Positions 1 to 10,922 are shown, numbered from the stretch's first letter. The stretch: 64,000 bases of DNA from an uncultured Bacteroidota bacterium (GCA_902515405.1 CABXUS010000001.1:26639-90638); one strand, 5' to 3'. The notes: generated from the sequence alone by a model not told the origin. Translations and numbers: made by a program.

Positions 1-1402
1 TTTTTTTAATCCAGGAATAATTTAAATCAAATTTAAAACTATTTCTATCAAGACCAATATTTCTTTGATTAGATGCTCCTAAATTTATAAATGAACGTTG
101 ATTTAATAATTTTAAAGCTTTAGTATTTTTTAAAAAAAGAAATTTTGGAAATCTTAAAATCAAATCATAATTTATTTGTGAAATTGTAACATTGGCAGAT
201 TTACCTAAAGATCCACTAGCTGAAATTTCAAGATTTTCACCATTTTTAAAAATATTTCTAGTTTTAAATCTGTTTTCAAATGACACTCCAATATCTTCAA
301 TATTTGATTGTTTAACATCTAAACCAAAGCCAATCCCATATTTTTTTTTGGAATTTAAAATAATATTAGCTACAAGTGAATTGTTGCTGTTATTTAAATA
401 TTCATAGCTAATTGATGGAAAACTGAACAAATCAAGTTTATTAAAATTTTGAAGCGTAATTGTCCTTAATGAATCATTGAAAACAGATCCAATTTTAAAT
501 TTAATTTGATTGGAAATAAAATTACTATTTAAGTCCAAAGACTCTACTTCTTTGAAACTTTTAATTGAGATTTTATCAATATTATGAACTTTATAATTAT
601 CGTCTTTAATAATTACTTTAATAGGAAGGGAATAAACATTTTTTGCAGAATCAATTTCAACATCAAATAAAATAGAATTTATTTGAAAATTATAAATTCC
701 AGAATTTTTAAACAATTTATTAAGCCTATCTCTTTCTAATTCAAAGTTTTTAGTTTTAAATAAATCATTTTTAATTAAAAATGATTTATTAATACTATTT
801 TTATAAATAGAATCAATAATTTTAGATTCTATTATACTATTTACATCACCAACATAATACTGTGGACCTGTTGAAACTTTATAGTTAATATCTGCGAAGA
901 AATTTTTTGTTTTGTCATCTTCTACTTCAAAACTTACTTTATTATCAAGAAATCCAATATTTTGGAAGTATGAGTTAAGGTTTTTAGCAGATTCTAAAGT
1001 TTTAGCAGAATCAATTAAAACTAATTTTTCGCCATTATTTTTTTTCCAATTATTAAAACTTTTATAATATTCTTTGATTTGATTTACCTGTTTTTTAGAA
1101 AACAAACTGCTTAATTTTCTTTTATTTGTTTTTTTTAATAGCCAATTATCAAAAATACTATCACTGTTGTTTTTTGAAGCTGTGTAAAGAAGTGCTCCTA
1201 ATGGGATTCCAATAAAAGTTGAATTTTTATTTTGTAAAAAAAGATTATTTAATGAATCACTTTGACTTATAACATCATTTATAATTAAGTTGTTTTTTCT
1301 TAAAATCTTTTCTCCCTGTATTAAATTTTTTGAGATTGAACAGCTTGATAATAAAGTTGTAATCAAAGTAAATAATACTATTTTTACTTTATAAATTCTC
1401 AT
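1..1402 (-). CDS. BamA/TamA-like outer-membrane protein, N-terminal and central part (3' end runs off the window start)
   Basis: Absent from the ORF track because there is no stop in the window. Reverse complement from ATG 1402-1400 reads MRIYKVKIVLFTLITTLLSSCSISKNLIQGEKILRKNNL... (lipoprotein-type signal) and is still open at base 1 (...NIGLDRNSFKFDLNYSWIKK). Repeated alpha/beta modules look like POTRA repeats. Family call is by resemblance only. Confidence 0.4.
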   Translation of the reverse strand, partial: MRIYKVKIVLFTLITTLLSSCSISKNLIQGEKILRKNNLIINDVISQSDSLNNLFLQNKNSTFIGIPLGALLYTASKNNSDSIFDNWLLKKTNKRKLSSLFSKKQVNQIKEYYKSFNNWKKNNGEKLVLIDSAKTLESAKNLNSYFQNIGFLDNKVSFEVEDDKTKNFFADINYKVSTGPQYYVGDVNSIIESKIIDSIYKNSINKSFLIKNDLFKTKNFELERDRLNKLFKNSGIYNFQINSILFDVEIDSAKNVYSLPIKVIIKDDNYKVHNIDKISIKSFKEVESLDLNSNFISNQIKFKIGSVFNDSLRTITLQNFNKLDLFSFPSISYEYLNNSNNSLVANIILNSKKKYGIGFGLDVKQSNIEDIGVSFENRFKTRNIFKNGENLEISASGSLGKSANVTISQINYDLILRFPKFLFLKNTKALKLLNQRSFINLGASNQRNIGLDRNSFKFDLNYSWIKK

Positions 1403-1434
1403 AAGACTTATATACCAAAAATACAGTTAAATAA

Positions 1435-2148
1435 ATGGTTACCAAAAATCAAATAAAATTCATTAAGAGATTAAGTTTAAAAAAAAACAGAATTAAATAT
1501 AATATGTTCGTTGTTGAAGGGGAAAAAATTATTAAGGAGTTTATTAATTCTAGTTATAAATTAGAAAAAATATATTCCGTAAACCCAGAAAAATTTACCG
1601 GCTATGATTCTAATCTAATTTCAGTTAAAGAACTTAAATCTATCAGTAATTTAAAAAGTCCAAATGGTGATTTAGCAGTTTTTAATATGGTATCATTTAC
1701 ATTAAAAAATGAAAATTTTTATGTGGCTTTAGATGGAATTAATGATCCTGGAAATTTAGGAACAATTATTAGAACTTGTGAATGGTTTGGGGTTAATCAA
1801 ATAATTTGTTCTAAAAATTCAGTCGACTGTTACAATTCTAAAGTAATTCAGGCTTCAATGGGCTCATTATCTAGAGTTCATGTTTTTTATGATGATATAT
1901 TGAGTTTTATAGATTCAAAAAAAATGGATGTTTATGGTGCTGATATAGATGGAGATAGATATGATAATATTAAATTTAAAAGTTCTGGTATTTGGGTTTT
2001 TGGATCAGAATCTCATGGTATTTCTAAAAATATTATTTCAAAAATTGATAAGAAGGTTAAAATTCCAAAATCACATGATAATATCAAAACGGAAAGCTTA
2101 AATCTGCCCATCTCACTAGGAATTATTTTAAGTAAAATAAGACTTTAA
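1435..2148 (+). CDS. TrmH/SpoU-family RNA 2'-O-methyltransferase
   Basis: 237 aa. SpoU motifs NDPGNLGTIIRTCEWFG, WVFGSESHGIS and SLNLPISLGIIL. Confidence 0.8.
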   Translation: MVTKNQIKFIKRLSLKKNRIKYNMFVVEGEKIIKEFINSSYKLEKIYSVNPEKFTGYDSNLISVKELKSISNLKSPNGDLAVFNMVSFTLKNENFYVALDGINDPGNLGTIIRTCEWFGVNQIICSKNSVDCYNSKVIQASMGSLSRVHVFYDDILSFIDSKKMDVYGADIDGDRYDNIKFKSSGIWVFGSESHGISKNIISKIDKKVKIPKSHDNIKTESLNLPISLGIILSKIRL

Positions 2149-2828
2149 TAAAAACTAAAATTTATAAAAATAGCTCTTGTAAAAAACTTATCAATATTTT
2201 TAGTCCATGGGTTTTCAGGTGTGTCTTTTGGAATTTCATTTTTTATTGAAAAAACTCCACGAATTGAGGGAGAAAATTTAAAATATCTTAAATAAAAATC
2301 TACACCAAAAGCAAGTTCATAATAAAAATTGAATTTTTCAAGTTTATAATTTTCCAAACCATGATTTGCTAAAGTACCTTCAATTTCATTTAAATTTATT
2401 GATGTAGATAATCCAGCTTTTAAATAGGGTCTAAAGTTATTAAGTCTTTTTGCGCTATATTTAAGTAGAAGAGGAAAATGTATATTATTTGACTTAATTA
2501 CCCATAAAGTGTCCCTGTAATTAGTAAAATCTTCTCTTTCATTGAAAACTATATTTTTTTTATTTGCATGAAGACCAGGCTCAAAACTCAAAAAAAGATT
2601 ATTATTTATTTTTAATTCACCAATTAATCCAACATTAATTCCCTCAGATCTATCAATTGAAATTGGATAATTAGTGTTGGTTTTATAATCAACTTTATTA
2701 TCATACTGATTGATTCCAATATAATATCCAAATCGTAAATCTCTTTCATCAAAATTTTGAAGATTTTTAAATTGGCTAAAAATTAAATTTTGAGATAATA
2801 TTATGATTATAAAAACTTTCTTAAACAC
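2145..2828 (-). CDS. outer-membrane beta-barrel protein (porin-family / PorT-like size class)
   Basis: 227 aa. Signal peptide, alternating hydrophobic beta-strand pattern, C-terminal aromatic residue (..FINFSFY). Confidence 0.5.
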   Translation of the reverse strand: MFKKVFIIIILSQNLIFSQFKNLQNFDERDLRFGYYIGINQYDNKVDYKTNTNYPISIDRSEGINVGLIGELKINNNLFLSFEPGLHANKKNIVFNEREDFTNYRDTLWVIKSNNIHFPLLLKYSAKRLNNFRPYLKAGLSTSINLNEIEGTLANHGLENYKLEKFNFYYELAFGVDFYLRYFKFSPSIRGVFSIKNEIPKDTPENPWTKNIDKFFTRAIFINFSFY

Positions 2829-2890
2829 TTTTCAAATCTAGTGAACTAATCAATAATTTTTCAAAATATATTAAAATTTCTAAAATCAAG

Positions 2891-2898
2891 TATATTTG
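2891..2898 (+). promoter_or_regulatory. Bacteroidota sigma-A -7 box (TAnnTTTG) upstream of trkA
   Basis: TATATTTG lies 20 nt upstream of ATG 2919. It overlaps the GTG used by the ORF track, which favours the ATG 2919 start. Confidence 0.4.
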
Positions 2899-2918
2899 TG
2901 CTAATTAATCTTTCAATA

Positions 2919-4268
2919 ATGAAAATTGTTATTGCAGGAGCTGGTGAAGTTGGATTACATTTATCGAAATTACTTTCTTATGAATCTCATGATATCACAT
3001 TAATTGATAATAATGAGATTAACCTAAAAAATGGCGAAAATTATTTGGATATAAAAGTTATAAATGGCGATTCATCTTCTCCATCTGTTTTGAATTCAGC
3101 TGATGTTTCAAATGCTGATTTAGTTATTGGAGTTACTGCAAGTGAATCAATTAATTTCTTTACATGTATACTTTCAAAAAAGTTTGGTGCTAAAAGAACA
3201 ATTGCTAGGTTAAGAAATACAGAATTTATTGAAAACGGAAATACATTTGATTTTTCGTCTATTGGAATTGACGAAGTAATATCACCTGAAAATTTAGCTG
3301 CAAATGAGGTTAAATTATTGGTAAATGATTCAGTATTCACAAATAGTCATGATTTTGAAAATGGAGCTTTAAAAATGATGGCAGCAAGGATTCATAATAA
3401 TGCTCCATTTATTGGAAAAACAGTTATGGAAGCAGCTTCAGTTTTCCCAGGAATCAAATTTATGCCTATTGCAATTGAAAGAAGTGCTAGCCATTCAGCT
3501 ATTATTCCGAGAGGTGATACGTTTTTTAAAGGAGATGATCATGTTTATTTTATTACTTGTCATGATGGTGTTGATGAGCTTTATGAATTAATGGGTGCTA
3601 AAAGAAATAAATTAGAAAAAATCATGGTTTTAGGTGGTGGAAGAGTAGGATTTAAGGTAGCTAAAGAACTTAGTCAAGAAGGTTACAGTGTAAAATTAAT
3701 TGAAATTAATTCTGAAAAAGCTGAAAATATAGCGAATAAGTTAACCAATGTATTAGTGTTAAATATTGATGGAACAAGAGTGGACTTACTAAGTGAGGAA
3801 AGTTTGGAAGAAATGGATGCTTTTATAGCAACAACTGGAGACTCGCAAAAAAATATAATGTCATGTTTAATGGCAAAATCAAAAAATATAGAGAGAACAA
3901 TCGCGATAGTAGATAATACTGATTATTTTGAGTTATCAGAATCAATTGGAGTTGACACCTTAATTAATAAAAAATTATTAGCCGCAAATCAAATTTTTAG
4001 GTTTATTAGAAAGGGTAATATTCTTGAGTTTAATAAGTTAAATAATATGAATGCTGAAGTTCTTGAGTTTTTAATTAATAAAGAATCAAAAGTCAAAGGA
4101 AAAAAAATAAAAGATTTAGATTTTCCACGATCAGCTATAATTGGAGGAGTTATAAGAGACGGGATTGGAAAAATTGCTCTGGGAGACTTTGTAATTAAAA
4201 AAGGTGATAGAATACTTGTTTGTTCACTATACAATTCAATAAAAAAGGTAGAAAAATTATTTCTGTAA
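2919..4268 (+). CDS. trkA: Trk potassium uptake system, NAD-binding subunit TrkA
   Basis: Two RCK/TrkA-N Rossmann repeats (MKIVIAGAGEVG... and IMVLGGGRVG...), each followed by a TrkA-C domain. Confidence 0.85.
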   Translation: MKIVIAGAGEVGLHLSKLLSYESHDITLIDNNEINLKNGENYLDIKVINGDSSSPSVLNSADVSNADLVIGVTASESINFFTCILSKKFGAKRTIARLRNTEFIENGNTFDFSSIGIDEVISPENLAANEVKLLVNDSVFTNSHDFENGALKMMAARIHNNAPFIGKTVMEAASVFPGIKFMPIAIERSASHSAIIPRGDTFFKGDDHVYFITCHDGVDELYELMGAKRNKLEKIMVLGGGRVGFKVAKELSQEGYSVKLIEINSEKAENIANKLTNVLVLNIDGTRVDLLSEESLEEMDAFIATTGDSQKNIMSCLMAKSKNIERTIAIVDNTDYFELSESIGVDTLINKKLLAANQIFRFIRKGNILEFNKLNNMNAEVLEFLINKESKVKGKKIKDLDFPRSAIIGGVIRDGIGKIALGDFVIKKGDRILVCSLYNSIKKVEKLFL

Positions 4269-4270
4269 AA

Positions 4271-5773
4271 ATGTCTAAATTAAATTATAGATTGATCTCA
4301 TATTTAACTGGATTACTATTAATCTTTAATTCAGGAGCAATTCTTTTGACCAGTGTTGTAAGCTATGTTTATAATGATGGTTTTTTTTTAAACATTTTTA
4401 AATCTTTCATTATATGTTTTATTTTAGGATTATTAATAATGTTTTTTTTTAAAAATCCTAGTAAAATCATTAATAGGCGTGATGGTTATTTAATTGTAAT
4501 AATTGGCTGGTTAGCAATGGTTTTCTCTGGAACATTGCCATATATTTTTACTGAAACTATAGCTAATATACCAGACTTAATTTTTGAAACTATATCTGGT
4601 TATACAACCACTGGTTCAAGTGTAATTAATGATGTTGAATCTCTACCTAAAAGTATTATTTTTTGGAGAAGTATGACTCATTGGCTTGGTGGAATGGGTA
4701 TTATAGTATTAGCTATTGCAATTTTACCATTATTAGGAATTGGGGGAATGCAATTGTTTTCTGCTGAAGCTCCTGGTAGTGGGATTAGTGGAGATAAAAT
4801 TCATCCTAGAATAAGTAATACAGCTAAAAGACTTTGGTTGATATATATCGTACTAACATTAATTGAAACAGTATTGTTAAAACTTTCTGGAATGAATTTT
4901 TTTGATGCTATTAATCATTCTATGAGTAATATTGCAACAGGTGGATTTTCAACAAAAAATGAAAGCTTATCCTTCTGGAATTCTATGCCACAAGTACAAT
5001 ATATAATTGCATTTTTTATGATACTTGCAGGAACAAACTTCTTGTTAATATATCTATCATTAATTGGAAAATTCAAAAAACTCATTTCAAATACTGAGTT
5101 TATATGGTATTTTGCTTCGATTTCTTTTTTTGTTTTGATAACTACTTTTATTTTATATAATAATGTTGAGCTTAACACAACTAATTTTGACCATCCACAA
5201 GTTTTTGGTAAGCTTGAAGCAAGTTTTAGGCATGCTTTGTTTCAAGTTGTAGCTGTAATTACCACCACAGGGTTTGTTACAGCTGATTTTGCAGGATGGA
5301 CTCCTTTTTTAACAATGTTATTTTTTGTCTTGATGTTCTTTGGAGCATCCTCAGGCTCTACGTCAGGAGGAATTAAAATTTCACGACACTTAATTCTTCT
5401 TAAAAATGGATTTTTAGAATTTAAAAGATCTTTACATCCCAATGCTGTACTGCCATTACGTTACAATCATTCAGTCGTAAAGAAAGAAGTGGTGGTGAAT
5501 ATTCTTGCTTTTTTAATGTTATATCTCATATTATTTATTATTGGAGCATTTGTTTTAAGTACCCAGGGATTAGATTTTATTTCTTCAATTGGTGGATCCG
5601 CTGCATCTATTGGTAATGTTGGGCCTGCTCTAGGTTCAATTGGACCTTCATTTAATTACGCTGATATAACTGGCTTTGCTAAGATTTGGTGTGCATTTTT
5701 AATGCTAGTTGGTAGGCTTGAACTATTTACATTCCTCATAATATTTACTCCTTATTTTTGGAAAAATGTTTAA
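4271..5773 (+). CDS. trkH: Trk potassium transporter membrane subunit TrkH
   Basis: Polytopic membrane protein with TrkH selectivity-filter-like repeats (GYTTTGSS, ATGGFST, TTTGFVT, GNVGPALG). Start moved to MSKLNYRL directly after the trkA stop. Confidence 0.85.
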   Translation: MSKLNYRLISYLTGLLLIFNSGAILLTSVVSYVYNDGFFLNIFKSFIICFILGLLIMFFFKNPSKIINRRDGYLIVIIGWLAMVFSGTLPYIFTETIANIPDLIFETISGYTTTGSSVINDVESLPKSIIFWRSMTHWLGGMGIIVLAIAILPLLGIGGMQLFSAEAPGSGISGDKIHPRISNTAKRLWLIYIVLTLIETVLLKLSGMNFFDAINHSMSNIATGGFSTKNESLSFWNSMPQVQYIIAFFMILAGTNFLLIYLSLIGKFKKLISNTEFIWYFASISFFVLITTFILYNNVELNTTNFDHPQVFGKLEASFRHALFQVVAVITTTGFVTADFAGWTPFLTMLFFVLMFFGASSGSTSGGIKISRHLILLKNGFLEFKRSLHPNAVLPLRYNHSVVKKEVVVNILAFLMLYLILFIIGAFVLSTQGLDFISSIGGSAASIGNVGPALGSIGPSFNYADITGFAKIWCAFLMLVGRLELFTFLIIFTPYFWKNV

Positions 5774-6957
5774 TCTAAAATTTTTTTTATTCTAGATATA
5801 GCCTCAATAATATTTTCCTTTGATGCAGCGTAACTTATTCTTATGTTTTTCGGGCATCCAAAGGCATCACCAGTTACAGTTGCTACATGAGCTTTTTCAA
5901 GTATTAACATTGCAAAATCAGAAGCGTTATTAATATTGATATCATCAATTTTTTTCCCGAAGTAATAAGATACATCAGGAAAAACATAAAAAGCTCCATC
6001 TGGATTATTCAATTTAAATCCTTTAATATCATTCAATAATTTTGTGATTAATTTTTTTCTTTCTTCAAATTCTTTAACCATGTATTTTATTTTTTCAACT
6101 GGCTCATTCAATGCTATTATAGTTGCTTTTTGAGCAATACAATTTGCACCACTAGTAACTTGACCTTGCAATTTTGTACATGCTTTTGCAATCCATTCAG
6201 GCGCACCAAGATATCCAATCCTCCATCCTGTCATTGCAAATGCCTTAGCAACCCCATTGACAGTTATAGTCCTATCATACATCCCATCAATTCTTGCAAA
6301 ACTAAAATGTTCAACTCCATAGTTTATGTGTTCATATATTTCATCTGACAAAATAAAAATTCCTGAATATTTTTTTAAAACTGCTGCTATTTGCTCCAAT
6401 TCTTCCTTTGTGTAAACACTTCCACTTGGATTATTTGGAGAATTGATAATGACCATTTTTGTTTTATTTGATATTTCTTTTTCAATTTGTTCAGCTGACA
6501 CCTTAAAATTAGTATTGATGTCACTTTCAATTATTTTTGGAATACCATCGGCCATCAATACAATTGCAGAATAACTAACCCAATATGGAGATAATAGAAT
6601 TACTTCTTCACCAGGTTTAACAAGTGCCTGTACTGCGTTAGCAATTGATTGTTTAGCACCTGTTGATACAACTATTTGATTTGGTGAGTATATAATTTTA
6701 TTATCTCTTTTAAATTTATTACAAATAGATTCTTTTAAATCTATATAACCATCAACAGGGGTGTAAGAATTATAATTGTCATTAATTGCTTTTATTGCGC
6801 CTTCTTTAATGTATGTTGGAATGTCAAAATCAGGCTCTCCTAAGCTTAATCCAATAATATCAATTCCACTATTTTTCAATTCTCTAGCTTTTGCTGCCAT
6901 TGTTAATGTTGCAGATGCAGGTAAATCATTAATTTTATCAGTTAAGTACTCTTTCAT
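5770..6957 (-). CDS. PLP-dependent aminotransferase class I (aspartate aminotransferase type)
   Basis: 395 aa. NSPNNPSG and the PLP-lysine region NGVAKAFAMTGWRIGY. Confidence 0.85.
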   Translation of the reverse strand: MKEYLTDKINDLPASATLTMAAKARELKNSGIDIIGLSLGEPDFDIPTYIKEGAIKAINDNYNSYTPVDGYIDLKESICNKFKRDNKIIYSPNQIVVSTGAKQSIANAVQALVKPGEEVILLSPYWVSYSAIVLMADGIPKIIESDINTNFKVSAEQIEKEISNKTKMVIINSPNNPSGSVYTKEELEQIAAVLKKYSGIFILSDEIYEHINYGVEHFSFARIDGMYDRTITVNGVAKAFAMTGWRIGYLGAPEWIAKACTKLQGQVTSGANCIAQKATIIALNEPVEKIKYMVKEFEERKKLITKLLNDIKGFKLNNPDGAFYVFPDVSYYFGKKIDDININNASDFAMLILEKAHVATVTGDAFGCPKNIRISYAASKENIIEAISRIKKILD

Positions 6958-7014
6958 TATTTAAAAATTATAATTTTCAAATATATTTAAATTAGATTAG
7001 TATATAATATAAAT

Positions 7015-7653
7015 ATGGACTTGTTAAAGAAATATTTTCCACAAATTAATGATGATCAGTTAAATGCTTTTTTTCATTTTGAAAAACTAATCAAGGAATG
7101 GAATAAAAAAATAAATTTGATTTCAAGAAAAGATGTTGAAAACATTCAAATTCATCACATTATTCATTCACTAAGTATCTCAAAATTAATATCATTTAAA
7201 GATTCATCTTTGATATTAGATATTGGAACCGGCGGTGGGTTGCCTGGAATTCCTCTTGCCATACTATTTCCAAAATCTTTTTTTCATTTAGTTGATAGAA
7301 AGGAAAAAAAAATTTATGTAATTAAACAAATAATTAAAGAATTAGGTCTTTTAAATGTTAAAGCTGAAAGACTAGATGCAAATGAATTAAAGGGTAAATA
7401 TGATTTTATTGTAAATAGGGCAGTAAGCTCAACTGCAAATATTGTTAAGATTTGCAAGAACAAGTTTAAAACTCAAAATAATAATAAAATAAAAAATGGA
7501 ATAATATCACTTAAAGGAGGAGATTTAAAAGAAGAATTAAATACCATTAAAAAATATGAATTGATTGACTTAAGTAAAACTTATTCTGAAACATTTTTTG
7601 ATACTAAAAAGATATTATATATACCTAATCCATATAATCATATGGATATTTAG
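7015..7653 (+). CDS. rsmG: 16S rRNA (guanine527-N7)-methyltransferase RsmG
   Basis: 212 aa. WNKKINLIS and the SAM motif LDIGTGGGLPGIPLAI. Confidence 0.85.
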   Translation: MDLLKKYFPQINDDQLNAFFHFEKLIKEWNKKINLISRKDVENIQIHHIIHSLSISKLISFKDSSLILDIGTGGGLPGIPLAILFPKSFFHLVDRKEKKIYVIKQIIKELGLLNVKAERLDANELKGKYDFIVNRAVSSTANIVKICKNKFKTQNNNKIKNGIISLKGGDLKEELNTIKKYELIDLSKTYSETFFDTKKILYIPNPYNHMDI

Positions 7654-9244
7654 TCGGCGGATTATGAGTCCTGCTGACTAGTCTAGGGCTTACCCATCTT
7701 AATAGATTTAGTTTTGAACCAGCTTTATCATCAGTGCCTGATGCTCTACAGCCTCCAAAGGGTTGTTGACCAACAACAGCTCCAGATGGCTTATCATTTA
7801 TATAAAAGTTTCCAGCGCTATATCTTAATTTATTTAATGCAATATTAATGCTGTCTTCATTTTCAGAAATAAAAGCTCCTGTTAAAGCATAATCTGATGT
7901 TTTATCAACAATATCAAGCATTTCTAGCCATTCATCATCTTTATATATAAACATAGTAACAACAGGTCCAAAAATTTCTTCTTGCATTGTTTTAAATTGA
8001 TGATTTTTGGTAAGTAAAATAGTTGGTTCAACAAAATATCCAACAGATTTATCATAGTTGCCACCATGTAATATTTCGCAATCATCACTTGATTTTGCAA
8101 AATCAATATAATTGGAAATTCTATCAAAAGCATTTTCATGAATTACAGCTGTCATAAAATTATTAAAGTCAATTGGGGAACCCATTTTGATAGTTTTTGT
8201 TTGATCAATTACTTTATCAATTAATTTTTTAGAAATAGATTCTGGTATATATATTCTTGATGCAGCTGAACATTTTTGACCTTGAAATTCAAAAGCTCCC
8301 CTTATGATAGCTGTCGAAGTAGCATCAATATTTGCTGTTGGGTGACAAAAGATAAAATCTTTTCCACCTGTTTCTCCTACAATTCTTGGGTAATCTCTGT
8401 ATAAAGAAATATTATTGCCTATTTTCTTCCACAAATCTCTAAATACTGAAGTTGATCCCGTAAAATGTAGTCCTGAAAATTCAGAATGTTTAAGAGCTAT
8501 TTCACTTATCATTTCTGGATCACCTGAAACTAGGTTTATAACTCCTTCTGGCAGACCAGCTTCCTTAAAAATATCCATTGTGATTTTTGCTGTATAAATT
8601 TGATTATCACTAGGCTTCCATAATACTACATTACCCATTAAAGCAGCACTAGCACATAAATTTCCACCAATAGCAGTAAAATTAAATGGTGTTACAGCAT
8701 AAACAAATCCTTCTAAGGGTCGATATTCTAACTGGTTAGATTTTCCAGGTCCATCAATTGGTTGCTCATTATAAATTTCAGTTAAATAAGAAACATTAAA
8801 TCTTAAAAAATCAATAAATTCGCATGCGGCATCAATTTCAGCTTGAAAAATATTTTTTGATTGACCAATCATAGTTCCTGCAGTAATTTTTGAACGATAT
8901 TCGTTTGATAATAAATCAGCAGCTTTCAAAAATATTTCACATCTCTTTTTCCAGGGTGTATTTGACCAAGATTCTTTATTTTCAATTAAATTTTCAATAG
9001 CATCTTGAACATGAGTTTCATCTGCTTGAGAATAAGTTCCAACAATATTTTTATGATTGTGTGGAGGTAGTATATTTTTTCTTTTTTCAGTAAGTATTTC
9101 TTTTCCACCTATATACAATGGAACATCAACTTTTGAGTTAAACATATCATTGTATGTTTTTTCAACATTATTTCTTTCTTTTGAGCCTGCTTTATAACCT
9201 AAAACTGGCTCATTTTCGGCTTTATATTGTTTTACTTTATTCAT
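7625..9244 (-). CDS. pruA: L-glutamate gamma-semialdehyde (1-pyrroline-5-carboxylate) dehydrogenase
   Basis: 539 aa aldehyde dehydrogenase. ETGGKDF, the catalytic Cys region GQKCSAASR and EIFGPV. Length and ends are typical of PruA. Confidence 0.85.
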   Translation of the reverse strand: MNKVKQYKAENEPVLGYKAGSKERNNVEKTYNDMFNSKVDVPLYIGGKEILTEKRKNILPPHNHKNIVGTYSQADETHVQDAIENLIENKESWSNTPWKKRCEIFLKAADLLSNEYRSKITAGTMIGQSKNIFQAEIDAACEFIDFLRFNVSYLTEIYNEQPIDGPGKSNQLEYRPLEGFVYAVTPFNFTAIGGNLCASAALMGNVVLWKPSDNQIYTAKITMDIFKEAGLPEGVINLVSGDPEMISEIALKHSEFSGLHFTGSTSVFRDLWKKIGNNISLYRDYPRIVGETGGKDFIFCHPTANIDATSTAIIRGAFEFQGQKCSAASRIYIPESISKKLIDKVIDQTKTIKMGSPIDFNNFMTAVIHENAFDRISNYIDFAKSSDDCEILHGGNYDKSVGYFVEPTILLTKNHQFKTMQEEIFGPVVTMFIYKDDEWLEMLDIVDKTSDYALTGAFISENEDSINIALNKLRYSAGNFYINDKPSGAVVGQQPFGGCRASGTDDKAGSKLNLLRWVSPRLVSRTHNPPTKYPYDYMD

Positions 9245-9636
9245 TAATTTAAAATTTCAGGATGTGAGAGCTTTGTCTTTGGAATATATGCTCTAAATTT
9301 TGAGGAGTTATTTAAACTTATCATTGAAAAATAACCTTTAATTGTAGCAATTTTTGATTTTACTGAATAATTTAAATTTAGAGTTAATTTCTTTCCTGGT
9401 TTTATTATATGTTTTTCTTTTAAAAGGGAGTTGAGTTTTCTCATTCCAAATGTTTCAAGAATTTTTTTATGTTTTGAAATAATCTGAATTGAATTTTTAC
9501 TTTTATTAGTTATCGTAATAATATTACTAAATAAATAATTAATGTTTTTTTTTAAAAGAATACTTTTAATAAAAAATGATTTTGTAGAAATTCTAATTCC
9601 TTTTAAATTATTTAAGTCTGTAATTTTGCTAATCAT
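9244..9636 (-). CDS. apaG: ApaG-domain protein (divergent)
   Basis: 130 aa. Pattern ITITNKSKNSIQIISKHKKI ... KPGKK ... IKGYFSM ... FRAYIPKTKL follows the ApaG fold signature. Confidence 0.55.
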   Translation of the reverse strand: MISKITDLNNLKGIRISTKSFFIKSILLKKNINYLFSNIITITNKSKNSIQIISKHKKILETFGMRKLNSLLKEKHIIKPGKKLTLNLNYSVKSKIATIKGYFSMISLNNSSKFRAYIPKTKLSHPEILN

Positions 9637-9657
9637 TTAATCAAAATAATATTACTT

Positions 9658-10851
9658 CTAATTTACGATTTTAAATGAATTTTTTTCCCCAAATCCTACA
9701 ATTTTATAATACCTATCAGTTTGTTTTTTTTGATATAAAATTGCTGAATAATTGTTCTCTGTTTGCCAAAAATTTGAAATATTTTTTAATGCTCCATTTT
9801 CAATTGTGACATATTTATAATTATAATAGCCTTGTTTTAATTTTAATTCAATTCCAAACTTGTTTTTTGATAGTTTATTAAGCCTATATTTTTCGTTTAA
9901 ATCATGGTTATTAAACCCTCCAACAATAAATAAATTTTCATCAAAATCACTTTCTTTGTTTAGTGTGAATTTCACTAGTGTATAGTCAGAATCTGTAGAA
10001 TTATTATTGTTATTACTGTTTACTATAAATTCACCGTTTTTATCTGGGTTATATGAATAAATCATTTTTTTTAAATCATCATAAAGTATAGTATTGTAGA
10101 TCTTATCATTCAAAACTTTTTTTATTTTATTGCTTGTTGATAAAATATTTTTTGTGTCAAAGCTTAGGTATTCGTCACCACCTTCAAAAAGTACATTATC
10201 ATATATAAGTTTTTTTGAAGTTTTGAATGTAGGCTTGTTGATAATTTTACAGTCATTATAATTATTATTTCTTATTACTAATAATTTATAATCTGCATTG
10301 TTATCATAAAAACATTCAATACAATTAAAAGTCACTTTTAAGTTTTGATGAGTATCAATAATTTTGTTTGCTTTTGCTCTACTAATTTGAATGTCTCCAA
10401 TATTATATTGATCAACAATAATAAATTTTCTTTTTAAAATCTCTTTATCAAATTTGTCCTTAACAGTTAGTATATAATTTCCAGATATTTTTAATTTTTT
10501 ATTAGAAATATTAAATGAATAATTAATGAATTTTTGTAGGGTATTAAATGACTTTTGATAATTAGAAATTCTAATATCATCAAATCCTTCAATAAATTCA
10601 TTTTTAAATAAAATTGACTTTTCCCAATTGTAGTCACAATGTTCAAAAGTGTAATAGTAATTTTTGATTTTATTACTTAATTCATCAAACCTTACATTTA
10701 TTAAATCTCCCTTTAGGAAAATAGAATTTTTTGAATTGTTTGATTGATTAATGATTTCTATACTTGCAATATTTTCATCTTGAGCACACAAGCTCAAACT
10801 AAAAAAAAATAATGTAAACAAATAGTTAATAAAATCTTTAAAATTTCTCAT
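9658..10851 (-). CDS. secreted protein, possibly DUF5103 / T9SS plug-like family
   Basis: 397 aa. Signal peptide, a FEHCDYNW motif and a C-terminal YYNYKYV carbohydrate-binding-module-like segment. Family assignment is from memory. Confidence 0.35.
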   Translation of the reverse strand: MRNFKDFINYLFTLFFFSLSLCAQDENIASIEIINQSNNSKNSIFLKGDLINVRFDELSNKIKNYYYTFEHCDYNWEKSILFKNEFIEGFDDIRISNYQKSFNTLQKFINYSFNISNKKLKISGNYILTVKDKFDKEILKRKFIIVDQYNIGDIQISRAKANKIIDTHQNLKVTFNCIECFYDNNADYKLLVIRNNNYNDCKIINKPTFKTSKKLIYDNVLFEGGDEYLSFDTKNILSTSNKIKKVLNDKIYNTILYDDLKKMIYSYNPDKNGEFIVNSNNNNNSTDSDYTLVKFTLNKESDFDENLFIVGGFNNHDLNEKYRLNKLSKNKFGIELKLKQGYYNYKYVTIENGALKNISNFWQTENNYSAILYQKKQTDRYYKIVGFGEKNSFKIVN

Positions 10852-10894
10852 AAAAAAACTACATAATATTAGTAATAATTATTTTACTTCGTCG

Positions 10895-10902
10895 TATATT
10901 TG
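10895..10902 (+). promoter_or_regulatory. TAnnTTTG -7 box upstream of nqrA
   Basis: TATATTTG lies 20 nt upstream of ATG 10923. Confidence 0.4.
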
Positions 10903-10922
10903 CAGCGAATTTTATTGGATTT

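Noticed and set aside
192-407. 71-aa plus-strand ORF
   Set aside because: It lies antisense within the long BamA-like minus-strand frame, which is open across the whole 1-1402 interval.
3041-5442. Antisense or alternative-frame ORFs within trkA/trkH (3041-3340, 3400-3591, 3989-4234, 4915-5178, 5242-5442)
   Set aside because: They are fully embedded in genes with clear TrkA/TrkH motifs and have low-complexity translations.
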